From positions 26,613 to 90,612 of the forward strand of contig CAZEAY010000002.1 in NCBI GenBank assembly GCA_964510655.1: DNA of 64,000 nt. Direction: 5' to 3'. A model generated the notes under the pieces. The model had not been told where the DNA came from and ran no database searches. It was given only the letters and a program-made list of their open reading frames with translations. Source of the DNA: an uncultured Candidatus Saccharibacteria bacterium (GTDB lineage Bacteria > Patescibacteriota > Minisyncoccia > Phycocordibacterales > XYD1-FULL-46-19). A program made the position numbers and the translations under genes. This document shows, piece after piece, positions 1-8,910 of the stretch; positions within the stretch are counted from its first letter, which is position 1; the number at the start of each line of letters is the position of its first letter.

Positions 1-1
1 T

Positions 2-1387
2 GAATTTGGTAAGTGGAGTGGTGGAGCTCTTCTTTACTCGGATTATCCTGGGGGAGTAGGGGTTGCTGGTACTGTGACAAGTGGTGCCCGTGATGGTAAT
101 CAAGCTCCTCCAACCGCTATTATGGGTATGGCTAATGCTCTTGGTGGTTACAGTGGTAGATTCCTTGGATATGATGGTGTCTATACACGAGGAGATAGAT
201 TTGGGCTTTATGCCACAAACCAGCTGGGTGGAGTAGAACCACCAACCGCTTGGCTTGCTACTGTGAATAAAACAGATGGCACTCAAAAAAGTTATGTCGG
301 TTATTTTGCCGATACCTTTAAAAATGCTAATAGTTATGCTGGATATTTTGATGGTAGGCTAGCGACCAATAATCATTTAGATGTTGGTGGTCATATTTAC
401 CTAGGTCTTCCTACGGCGACTGACGGGTCTGATCTTATTCTTCAAAATATGTCTGGAAATTATAATATTGATAATTATAATGGAACATTACGTTTCCACT
501 CAGCTGGACTAGTAAGATTTGCTTTTAGTCAAGATGGAAAAATCAAAATTAATGGTGGTGCCCCAGGTCTGAATAAGGTTTTAGCTTCCACTGATGCAGA
601 AGGTAATGCTGTATGGAAAACTATTCAAGAAATTTGTCCTGGCTGTAGTACTGCAACAAGCCCAAATTATTGGACTCTTAATGGTAGTAATTTATCTAAT
701 AACTCTGGAAATAGCCTGACTCTTAATATTGGAGGAGGTAATAATGCGGTAAATATTAATGCTTCAGCTGGTTATGCTTATCTAAGACTTTCTGATCCAT
801 CTGGTAACACCTCTATTTCTAATTCTGGTTCCAGTCTAAATATTGGAGGTGATAGTGGTGGAGGTTCTATTTACCTACGAACGAATGGCTATAATAATGC
901 TATGGTGATAGGAGCTAGTGGTAACGTTGGGATTGGAACAAACAATCCCCAAAGTAAACTTGAGATTAGTGGGGGTGTGATTGTCGGAAGATCTAGTGTT
1001 GACGATGGAGATAATTTGGTTATTCAATCTGGATCGGGACAATATATATTGGATAACGTTGGTGGAAGTCTAAGATTTTATAACCCAAATGTCTCTGCTT
1101 ATGGTAGACCGGCTGGATTTGTTCCTTTAGAAATTAAACCGAATGGCCAGCTACTAATTCGCGGCGGTAATACTGCTCCGGGAGAAGGAAAAATTCTAAC
1201 CTCAACTGACAATTCTGGGGGGGCTAGTTGGTGTCGGGTTTGTATCAGAACCTATGATACTGATGACTCCCAATATAGTCCTTGGTCCTGTACAAAAGGA
1301 ACTGGTGATGCTGGGGCCAGTGATTTGACCGGCTTTAATAATTCTGTCAGTATTGAAAAAATTCAAGTCAAGATGCAATGTGACTAG
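2..1387 (+). CDS. 5'-truncated secreted/surface repeat protein, tail-fibre-like (Gly/Asn-rich repeats such as GNVGIGTNNPQSKLEISGG and GKILTSTDNSGGASW). Paralog of 1600..3288.
   Basis: The frame is open from window base 2, and the first in-window start is GTG at 74. There are repeated G-x-VGIGTNNPQ-KL motifs. The N-terminal block PTAIMGMANALGGYSGRFLGYDGVYTRGDRFGLYATNQLGG is near-identical to an internal block of the next ORF. The C-terminal Cys module includes SQYS...W.C.KG. A terminator follows. Confidence 0.6.
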   Translation, partial: EFGKWSGGALLYSDYPGGVGVAGTVTSGARDGNQAPPTAIMGMANALGGYSGRFLGYDGVYTRGDRFGLYATNQLGGVEPPTAWLATVNKTDGTQKSYVGYFADTFKNANSYAGYFDGRLATNNHLDVGGHIYLGLPTATDGSDLILQNMSGNYNIDNYNGTLRFHSAGLVRFAFSQDGKIKINGGAPGLNKVLASTDAEGNAVWKTIQEICPGCSTATSPNYWTLNGSNLSNNSGNSLTLNIGGGNNAVNINASAGYAYLRLSDPSGNTSISNSGSSLNIGGDSGGGSIYLRTNGYNNAMVIGASGNVGIGTNNPQSKLEISGGVIVGRSSVDDGDNLVIQSGSGQYILDNVGGSLRFYNPNVSAYGRPAGFVPLEIKPNGQLLIRGGNTAPGEGKILTSTDNSGGASWCRVCIRTYDTDDSQYSPWSCTKGTGDAGASDLTGFNNSVSIEKIQVKMQCD

Positions 1388-1410
1388 TTTTTAGGATACA
1401 ATCACTAAAT

Positions 1411-1444
1411 AAAAATCCCCAATAATTTGGGGATTTTTATTTTA
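1411..1444 (+). terminator. Rho-independent terminator (aaaaatcccc aataattt ggggattttt)
   Basis: A perfect GGGGATT stem is followed by a T-tract immediately after the stop at 1387. Confidence 0.7.
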
Positions 1445-1599
1445 AATTTAATAAATTTATTTAATCTAGTTTTCATTTTTGAGAGTTCGTTATATCCTTG
1501 CGCTCTGAGGTGGATTGTGTTAGTAATGTAAGGATAAATTTTAGGGTTTGGAGACCAATTATTATGTGTGATTCTTTATTAGGATAATTTATTAATTTT

Positions 1600-3288
1600 A
1601 TGAAAAAAGCGTTATTTTTAGGGCTTTTGATCCTCGGATTGGTTAATGTTGCTCAGGCTGTAGCTATTGACGACAGTTTGACTCCTCAGAACTGTGACCG
1701 ATCCAATCCGGCTTGTGCTCAGTTTGTTGATACTACTTCCGTTGGTCAGGTAAAATGGGGTGGTTTTATTGCTGGTGGTTTGCGTTCATTAACCAACCTT
1801 TTTGTCGATGGCAAACTTGGTGTTGGTACTTTACGTCCATCCACCGGTGAACAAGTTTTAAAGTTAGATGTTGAGGGTGCTGTTGGTGCTAAGTTTTACT
1901 GTGATGAAAACGGCAACCATTGTGTGGCTGGTGGTAATTTGGGTGGTGGCAATACGACTAACATAAATTTGACTGGCAATGGTGGGGTTTTGGTTTATAA
2001 TCCAACTTCTAATACTTATATTCTTTCTATTTCTACTAGTACGATTCAATCTCGAATCACTGGCACTTGTCCTGCTGGGGAAGCGGTGCGAGTAGTAAAT
2101 CAAGACGGAACGGTAGTTTGTCAGAGTACTTCCGGTACTGGCAATGGTGATTCTTTCTGGACAGCCAATGGTAATAATATTTTCAACAATAATTCTGGAA
2201 ATGTTGGTTTGGGGACTAATAATCCTCAGCAGAAATTAGATATCAATGGCAACCTCTTTGCCAATGGAAAGTTTTTTATTGGTACTCCTGAGGCCGGTTG
2301 GAAGACTAGTTGGATTGGGATTGCCACTAATGTTACTAATGACAGTAAGCGTTGGTTGCATATTGGTGGTGAACAGGACAGTAATTGGAATGGTCAAACC
2401 AGTGATGGTGATCGCCGAATTGCTTTCTTTGCCGATCGTAATTATTTCACTGGCAAAATTGGTGTTGGTGTTCAAGGTCCTTCTGCTATGCTTGATATTA
2501 AACAAACTTCTGTTTCTGATGCTTTTGCTGGACAGCCTTCTCTTAAATTTAGCAATGCGGAAAATAAAGTTCGTGGTGAGTTTGGTCGCTACAGTAATGG
2601 AGCGGAACTTACCTCTGAATATGCTGGTGGTGTTGGTGTTGCTGCTACTGTCACTAATGGCGGACGGAATGTGGATCACAAAAATTCTCCTTCCACCGCT
2701 ATTATGGGTATGGCAACGGCTCCAGAGGCTTATACTGGACGTTTCATTGGTTATCAGGGTCTTTATACTCGGGGTGATAAGTTTGGTCTATACGCCACCA
2801 ATGAGCTCGGTGGGGAAGAGGCTCCAGATGCTTTCTTAAGTGATGTTCGCTCTGGTAAGAGCTATGCCGCTTATTTTGCTGATGCGGTCAATAGTGCTAA
2901 GAGTTTTGCTGCTTTCTTCAAGGGTAAGATTGCTATTGTGGATGGTACTCAGGGGGTTGGTAAGATTTTGGCTTCTGATGCTAGTGGTACAGCTAGTTGG
3001 AAAACTCCATCGGAGTTAGGTTTAGCCGGCGGCACAGCTAGTACTCCTGCCAACTTTACTTTCAGTGGTCCTTACAACATTTCTTCTGTTAATCAGGGGA
3101 CTCAAACTAAAGACTTAGGTGTTCACAAAATTTGTATGCTAACTGTTTCTCAGTATTCTATTACGGCTGGTGCTTGGGGTAATCCTGTTTGTAAGGTAGG
3201 AAGAAATGCTAATAATTCTTGGTATTTCCAAGCCATGTCTGATAGTAAGGGAATTGGTGCTCACTGTGAGGCCTTGTGTTTAGATTAA
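1600..3288 (+). CDS. Secreted tail-fibre-like repeat protein (signal peptide MKKALFLGLLILGLVNVAQA). Paralog of the upstream ORF.
   Basis: It has an N-terminal signal peptide, the motif GNVGLGTNNPQQKLDINGN, and the shared block SPSTAIMGMATAPEAYTGRFIGYQGLYTRGDKFGLYATNELGG. It also has GKILASDASGTASWKT and a C-terminal Cys module (SQYS...W..PVCKVG...HCEALCLD) matching the C-terminus of ORF 2..1387. Confidence 0.65.
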   Translation: MKKALFLGLLILGLVNVAQAVAIDDSLTPQNCDRSNPACAQFVDTTSVGQVKWGGFIAGGLRSLTNLFVDGKLGVGTLRPSTGEQVLKLDVEGAVGAKFYCDENGNHCVAGGNLGGGNTTNINLTGNGGVLVYNPTSNTYILSISTSTIQSRITGTCPAGEAVRVVNQDGTVVCQSTSGTGNGDSFWTANGNNIFNNNSGNVGLGTNNPQQKLDINGNLFANGKFFIGTPEAGWKTSWIGIATNVTNDSKRWLHIGGEQDSNWNGQTSDGDRRIAFFADRNYFTGKIGVGVQGPSAMLDIKQTSVSDAFAGQPSLKFSNAENKVRGEFGRYSNGAELTSEYAGGVGVAATVTNGGRNVDHKNSPSTAIMGMATAPEAYTGRFIGYQGLYTRGDKFGLYATNELGGEEAPDAFLSDVRSGKSYAAYFADAVNSAKSFAAFFKGKIAIVDGTQGVGKILASDASGTASWKTPSELGLAGGTASTPANFTFSGPYNISSVNQGTQTKDLGVHKICMLTVSQYSITAGAWGNPVCKVGRNANNSWYFQAMSDSKGIGAHCEALCLD

Positions 3289-3310
3289 AATATCTAAATT
3301 AAGATGGTTT

Positions 3311-3343
3311 AAAAAATCTCCACTGTTGGTGGAGATTTTTTTG
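3311..3343 (+). terminator. Rho-independent terminator (aaaaaatctccac tgtt ggtggagattttttt)
   Basis: An inverted repeat TCTCCAC/GTGGAGA is followed by a T-tract. Confidence 0.7.
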
Positions 3344-3386
3344 TTTAAGTTATTCACTCAAATTATATTTTTAGATTTGTTAATGA

Positions 3387-3395
3387 TGATATAAT
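3387..3395 (+). promoter_or_regulatory. Extended -10 promoter element (TGaTATAAT), 7 nt upstream of the pilB ATG. It implies a leaderless transcript.
   Basis: A TGnTATAAT consensus sits at 3387-3395 and the ATG is at 3403. There is no SD in between. Confidence 0.5.
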
Positions 3396-3402
3396 AAGAC
3401 TA

Positions 3403-5157
3403 ATGAATATTGATCAGGATCAATTAATCAGTTTTTTAACTGATACTAAACTTGTTTCGGCTGATGATATAAAAAAATCTCAAGCTTTAGCGGCTGAACA
3501 AAAAAAGACTTTGTCGGAAATTTTAATTAGTGATGGAAAAATTTCTGAAGATGATTATCGTCGAGTGAATGCTTATCTAATTGGTATTCCTTTTGTAGAC
3601 TTAAAGACCGAAAAAATTGATAAAAGTATTTTATCTCTTATCCCTGAACCAATTGCCAGAAAACACAATATTGTCGCTTTTGGTAAAAAGGACAATGATT
3701 TGGAGGTGGCCATGCTTGATCCTCAAGATCTGGAAGCGATTGAATTTATTAAAAAAAGCTCCGGCTTACGAATTCTTCCACGTCTCACAGACACCGAATC
3801 TATTAAAAAATCCCTCGTTCAATATCAAAAGAGTTTGAAGGCTGAATTTGGCGATATTATTCAAAAGGAATCTCTAAATGTGGGCCAAGATGGGGGTTTT
3901 GACGGAGTGTCTCTTGAAGGGGAAACTGATCTGAAAAAATTGGCTGAAGATTTGCCTATTGTGCGGATTGTTGAAACTCTGCTTACTCATGCCATCATGC
4001 AAAAAGCCTCAGATATTCATATTGAAATCTATGAGAAAGAGTTGGTGGTCCGCTATCGCATCGATGGTATTTTGCATGATGCTATGATTTTACCTCGGAA
4101 CATCGCCGCTGGTATTATTGCTCGGATCAAGGTTTTGGCTAATCTTCGCCTTGATGAAAAACGTTTACCGCAAGACGGGCGATTCAAAATGGAATTATCT
4201 GATCAAAATGTCGCTTTCCGGGTTTCTATTTTACCTACTTATTATGGAGAAAAAGTTGTTATGCGTTTGTTGCCAGAGACTGTCCATGGATTTACTTTGG
4301 AAACATTGGGCTTTCATGGAGCATCTTTGGAAAAAATACATGAGGCTACTAGAGCGGCGACCGGGATGATTTTGGTTACTGGTCCAACTGGTTCGGGAAA
4401 GTCCACCACCCTCTATACTTTGTTAGAAATTCTTAACACTCCCGATGTAAATATCTCTACTATTGAAGATCCAATTGAATATCAAATACCGCGAATTAGT
4501 CAAACTCAAGTTAAGCCAGATATCGGTCTAACTTTTGCTAATGGGTTAAGATCTTTAGTCCGTCAGGACCCCGACATTATTATGGTTGGGGAAATTCGAG
4601 ATAAAGAGACCGCTAATTTGGCGATCAATGCTGCCTTGACTGGACACTTGGTTTTGTCTACTTTGCATACTAATTCCGCCGCCGGAACTGTTCCTCGTAT
4701 GCTTGATATGGGGGCGGAAGCCTTTCTTCTTGTTTCTACGATTAAAGTTATTGTTGCTCAACGGCTGGTGAGAAAGCTCTGTCCATCAAAAGAAGAGTAC
4801 CACTTAACTAAAGACGAATTGGCTAAACTATCCCTTCATGTTGACATGGACCGTGTTTTACAAATTTTGAAAGAGGAAAATATTATCGAACCTAATGTCG
4901 GTTGGGATAAGGTGCCTTTTTATAAAAATATTCCATCAGCAGAATCAAAAGATGGTTTTGCTGGTCGGGTCGGAATTCATGAGGTGTTATCTCTAACTTC
5001 TTCGATTAAAGATATGATTATTAAGGGTTTAACGACCGAAGAGATAGAATCTCAAGCTAAGAAGGAGGGAATGATGACAATGATTGAAGATGGTGTCTTT
5101 AAGGCTGTTCAAGGTATTACTACGATTGAAGAAGTGTTACGTGTCGTTACGGAGTAA
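3403..5157 (+). CDS. pilB: Type IV pilus assembly ATPase PilB / GspE family
   Basis: It has a GspE N-terminal domain, the Walker A motif GPTGSGKST and the conserved motifs LSTLHTNSAAGTVPRMLDMG and MVGEIRD. Length is 584 aa. Confidence 0.9.
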   Translation: MNIDQDQLISFLTDTKLVSADDIKKSQALAAEQKKTLSEILISDGKISEDDYRRVNAYLIGIPFVDLKTEKIDKSILSLIPEPIARKHNIVAFGKKDNDLEVAMLDPQDLEAIEFIKKSSGLRILPRLTDTESIKKSLVQYQKSLKAEFGDIIQKESLNVGQDGGFDGVSLEGETDLKKLAEDLPIVRIVETLLTHAIMQKASDIHIEIYEKELVVRYRIDGILHDAMILPRNIAAGIIARIKVLANLRLDEKRLPQDGRFKMELSDQNVAFRVSILPTYYGEKVVMRLLPETVHGFTLETLGFHGASLEKIHEATRAATGMILVTGPTGSGKSTTLYTLLEILNTPDVNISTIEDPIEYQIPRISQTQVKPDIGLTFANGLRSLVRQDPDIIMVGEIRDKETANLAINAALTGHLVLSTLHTNSAAGTVPRMLDMGAEAFLLVSTIKVIVAQRLVRKLCPSKEEYHLTKDELAKLSLHVDMDRVLQILKEENIIEPNVGWDKVPFYKNIPSAESKDGFAGRVGIHEVLSLTSSIKDMIIKGLTTEEIESQAKKEGMMTMIEDGVFKAVQGITTIEEVLRVVTE

Positions 5158-5245
5158 CGGCACAATTTCGAATGTCAGATGTAAAATTAAAAATGAAATA
5201 CGATTTGGTGTATCTTATTTGACTTTTGACATTTGAAATTTGTAA

Positions 5246-6469
5246 TTGAAATTCATGTTATTTAAAATAAAAGCACAAAAATCTAATGGCGAAATTGTTG
5301 AGGGGGTAAGGGAATCCTCTGATAAATTGATGCTCTCTCGTGAAATGCGGGCCGAGGGTTTGGCTCTATTTTTTGCTGAAGCTCTGCATAAGACTGAACC
5401 CTCGGGCGGTTTTTTTCGAGGATTATTTAAAAAAGTTGGATTAAAAAATAAAATAGTCTTTGCTAGTAACTTAAGTTCGATGATTTCGGCCGGTCTGACT
5501 CTGTCTCGGTCTTTAGAAGTTTTGGAAAGGCAAACCTCGCAAAAGTATTTTAAAGGTGTAATCAAAGATTTACTGAGAAGAGTTACGACTGGAGAGAGTC
5601 TCAGTCAGGCACTTGAGGCTTATCCATCTGTGTTTCCTCCTGTTTTTTCGGCGATGGTGGGGGCAGGTGAAGAATCTGGTAATCTACCTAATTCTTTGTC
5701 AATCATCAAGGATCAAATGGGTAAAACCTATGAATTAAAAAGAAAAATTACTGGTGCCATGATTTATCCGACAATTATTGTCTTACTCATCATTGTTATC
5801 GGAATTTTGATGATGGTTTTTATGGTCCCAACTCTTTCAGCCACCTTTAAAGATTTAAATGTTGCCTTGCCTCTATCGACCAGGATGATTATTGGAGTGA
5901 GTGATTTTTTAAAGAACCATTATCTGGTTTTTGCCCTGGCTGTAATTTTGGTGGTGACTGTTTTCAGTTTTTGGCTCAAAACTCCAAAAGGTAAAAAAGC
6001 TCTAGATTTTGTTGTTCTGCGGCTGCCTATTTTTGGTAATTTGGTCAGAGAATATAATTCCGCGGTTATCATGAGGACGATTTCGTCTTTAATTACAGCT
6101 GGAGTAAGTATGACTAAATCAATTGAAATCACTGGTAACGTCATTCAAAATTCTTTTTATAAACCAGTCATGGTTGGAGCCGTTACTGATATCCAAAAAG
6201 GTATTTTACTCTCAGCTGTTTTTGAAAAACAAGAAAAACTTTTTCCCGTTTTTGTGTCTGAGTTGGCAGAGGTTGGTGAAGAGACTGGAAATTTGCCACA
6301 AATGCTTGAGAAGGGGGCGGTCTTTTATGAAAATGAGATTGATCAAGCGACAAAAAATCTTTCAACAATTATTGAGCCTCTTTTGATGATTGTTATTGGG
6401 GCGGCCGTTGGATTTTTTGTGGTGGCAATGATTGGTCCAATGTATAGTCTTACATCGGCAATAAAATAG
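5246..6469 (+). CDS. pilC: Type IV pilus inner-membrane platform protein PilC / GspF family
   Basis: Two GspF repeats and three TM segments give a PilC-like architecture (407 aa). It lies directly downstream of pilB. Confidence 0.85.
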   Translation: MKFMLFKIKAQKSNGEIVEGVRESSDKLMLSREMRAEGLALFFAEALHKTEPSGGFFRGLFKKVGLKNKIVFASNLSSMISAGLTLSRSLEVLERQTSQKYFKGVIKDLLRRVTTGESLSQALEAYPSVFPPVFSAMVGAGEESGNLPNSLSIIKDQMGKTYELKRKITGAMIYPTIIVLLIIVIGILMMVFMVPTLSATFKDLNVALPLSTRMIIGVSDFLKNHYLVFALAVILVVTVFSFWLKTPKGKKALDFVVLRLPIFGNLVREYNSAVIMRTISSLITAGVSMTKSIEITGNVIQNSFYKPVMVGAVTDIQKGILLSAVFEKQEKLFPVFVSELAEVGEETGNLPQMLEKGAVFYENEIDQATKNLSTIIEPLLMIVIGAAVGFFVVAMIGPMYSLTSAIK

Positions 6470-6485
6470 TTTTACGGTAAAGAAA

Positions 6486-8294
6486 ATGCTATACCACTCT
6501 GATATAAAATCTGACCGACTAAGTAAAGCTGGCTTTACTCTGGTGGAAGTTTTAGTGGGAGCATTTATTTTGTCGATTATTTGTATTGGGGTTTATGGCG
6601 GCTTTGTTTCTGTTATTAAAACGGTCCGGGCGGCTCGGGTTAAGACCGATGCCATGCTTTTAGCCAATGAACAAATAGAGATTGTCCGAAATTTACCTTA
6701 CCAGGATGTTGGAATTGTGGCTGGTATTCCAGTCGGGGTTATTCCTCGAGAACAAGTCTTAACTCGGGGAGGGGTGTCATTTAAACTAACTTCAAGTATC
6801 AGGAATATTGATGATCCTTTCGATGGAACTATTGGTAGTAGTACTAAAAATGACTTATCACCAGCTGACTACAAACAACTTCAGATTGACATAGAATGTC
6901 TGGCTTGTGCGAATGGAGAATTTTTACCACAAAAAATTTATACAACGATTGCTCCTAAAAACTTAGAAACAGCTAATGGCAACGGGGCTTTATTTGTTAA
7001 AGTGTTTAATTCTAATGGTGATCCGGTTTCGGCGGCTCGTGTTCGGATTGAGAAAAGTCCAACTTTGATTGATGAACTGACGGACAATAATGGAGTCTTC
7101 GCCCTGATTGATGCTCCGCCAGGCGCCCTGGCTTATAAAGTGACCGTCACTAAAGATGGTTATTCTTCGGAAGGGACTTCGGCTATTACTACCGGAAACC
7201 CTAACCCCCTGATTCCTCCGGCGACTATTTTAGGTGGACAGGCAACACAAATAAGTTTTGCGATTGATAAGCTTAGTAACTTGGGTATTCAAGTGGTTAA
7301 CGGGGTTTGTAATCCGATTGATGGTGTTTCAGTGAGGGTTGTTGGGCAAAAAAAGATTGGACAGAACCCCGATGTTTATAAGTATGATAATATTTTAACT
7401 TCGGACTCTCTGGGGTTGATTAATCTTTCTAATCTGGAGTGGGATACTTATAGGTTCTCTTTAGCCACCACTAGTTCTTGGTTTTTAGCTGGAACATCAG
7501 TTTTTGTACCGTTGTTTGTCGCTCCCGACACGTCTCCTCAAATTCTTTTGACGGCTCTGGCTAGAAAGCCGAATGGGCTTCTGGTTTCTGTTCATGATAG
7601 TGCGACAGGTCTTCCGTTGTCAGGGGCAGATGTTACGATCGAGACACAAACACTAGTTACTAGTCAGGGGTTTTTCAATCAAACGGATTGGTCGCTTGGC
7701 TCTGGTCAGATCATCTACACTAATAATAAAATGTTTGCTGATACCGATGGTAATATAGATTTCACTAATAATCCTGGAGAAATACGTTTGCGATCATCTT
7801 TGGGTAAATTTATTGTATCTGGTAATCTTATTTCTTCTATTTTTGATTCTGGTAGCACAAGTACGGAATATAAATCTCTCCGTTTTTCACCATCCGATCA
7901 AGCTACCACGACCGGCGTTGGGAGTATTCGCCTACAATTGGCTTCTGGTAATGATCCGGCGACCACCACTTGGAATTTTCTTGGTCCCGACGGGACGGCT
8001 TCTTCTTATTATACGACGTCCAACGAGGGAATTAATTCTGTCCACAATAATCATCGTTATATTCGCTATAAAGTATTTTTACAAACAGCTAACGATTTGG
8101 TTACTCCCAATATTTCAGACATCGGCCTTACTTACACGGCGGCTTGCACTCCGCCAGGTCAGGCTTATTTTGAGGGCTTGTCTGGTGGACCACAAACTAT
8201 TTCTGTTAATCGTGATGGTTATTTGCCCTACACTTCTGCTATTGATGTCAGCGATGTTTGGCAGGAATTAAATGTTTCATTAACTGAGATTTAA
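6486..8294 (+). CDS. Large prepilin-type (class III signal) pilin-like protein
   Basis: The N-terminus has KAG|FTLVEVLVGAFIL, a prepilin peptidase cleavage/methylation motif (G followed by FTLxE) with a hydrophobic helix. The 602-aa remainder is Thr/Ser/Gly-rich. Confidence 0.7.
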   Translation: MLYHSDIKSDRLSKAGFTLVEVLVGAFILSIICIGVYGGFVSVIKTVRAARVKTDAMLLANEQIEIVRNLPYQDVGIVAGIPVGVIPREQVLTRGGVSFKLTSSIRNIDDPFDGTIGSSTKNDLSPADYKQLQIDIECLACANGEFLPQKIYTTIAPKNLETANGNGALFVKVFNSNGDPVSAARVRIEKSPTLIDELTDNNGVFALIDAPPGALAYKVTVTKDGYSSEGTSAITTGNPNPLIPPATILGGQATQISFAIDKLSNLGIQVVNGVCNPIDGVSVRVVGQKKIGQNPDVYKYDNILTSDSLGLINLSNLEWDTYRFSLATTSSWFLAGTSVFVPLFVAPDTSPQILLTALARKPNGLLVSVHDSATGLPLSGADVTIETQTLVTSQGFFNQTDWSLGSGQIIYTNNKMFADTDGNIDFTNNPGEIRLRSSLGKFIVSGNLISSIFDSGSTSTEYKSLRFSPSDQATTTGVGSIRLQLASGNDPATTTWNFLGPDGTASSYYTTSNEGINSVHNNHRYIRYKVFLQTANDLVTPNISDIGLTYTAACTPPGQAYFEGLSGGPQTISVNRDGYLPYTSAIDVSDVWQELNVSLTEI

Positions 8295-8295
8295 T

Positions 8296-8898
8296 ATGTT
8301 TAAAAAAGGTTTTACATTAATTGAAATTTTGGTTGCCATCGGTATTTTTACTGGTATTACTTTGGTTTTGAGTAATTTTCAGAAGGATATTTTTGTTAAT
8401 AATACTTTTATTAAAAATAGTTTAGTGGCGGAAAGTGAAGCGCGGGGGGCACTAAAACGAGCTATTGCCGAGCTCCGTGCTGCTTCTTCCTCTAATAATG
8501 GTCTTTATCCTTTGGCCGTTGCTGATAAAAATACCATTACTTTTTTTTCCGATATTGATCGCGATGGTTTGCGTGAGCGGGTACGCTATTTTGTTGCGAC
8601 CTCTTCACTTTGGCGGGCCGTAACCAAACCAACAGGGGAACCCTATTCTTATTTAGATAGTAATGAAAAAATTACGATGGCCGTTCATGATATTGTTAAT
8701 CCAACATCGACACCGGTTTTTAACTTTTATGATAAAACTTACAATGGTACAACTTCTCCCATGTCTTGGCCGGTTGATATTGCCAACGTCCGTTTAGTCA
8801 GAATGACGATCTTGATTGATACCGACCCTGTTCGATCACCGAAGGTTATGACTTTTTCTAGTCAAGTAATGATTCGTAATCTGAAAGACAACCTTTAA
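8296..8898 (+). CDS. Pseudopilin / minor pilin (prepilin-type N-terminus KKG|FTLIEILVAIGIF)
   Basis: It has the prepilin N-terminal methylation motif, is 200 aa, and is translationally coupled to the upstream ORF by a 1-nt gap. Confidence 0.7.
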   Translation: MFKKGFTLIEILVAIGIFTGITLVLSNFQKDIFVNNTFIKNSLVAESEARGALKRAIAELRAASSSNNGLYPLAVADKNTITFFSDIDRDGLRERVRYFVATSSLWRAVTKPTGEPYSYLDSNEKITMAVHDIVNPTSTPVFNFYDKTYNGTTSPMSWPVDIANVRLVRMTILIDTDPVRSPKVMTFSSQVMIRNLKDNL

Positions 8899-8910
8899 AA
8901 TAAATTTCAA

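Noticed and set aside
2236-2839. ORFs 2246..2839 (+), 2236..2679 (-) and 1864..2103 (-) inside the 1600..3288 gene
   Set aside because: They are low-complexity Leu/Val- or Ile/Thr-rich translations of alternative frames of a clearly coding repeat protein. They have no start context and are entirely nested, so they are spurious.
1-3343. Prophage interpretation of the tail-fibre-like proteins
   Set aside because: No terminase, portal, capsid, tail-tube, integrase or lysis genes are present in the following 60 kb. The genes are flanked by housekeeping and pilus genes, so the bacterial surface protein interpretation is preferred. The sequence upstream of the window is unseen, so this is not fully excluded.
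7813-8271. ORF 7813..8271 (+) and other nested ORFs such as 3617..3838, 4118..4369, 6123..6386 and 24003..24473
   Set aside because: They are nested out-of-frame ORFs within well-supported genes (pilB, pilC, pilin, tuf). They have biased Leu/Ile composition typical of AT-rich off-frames.
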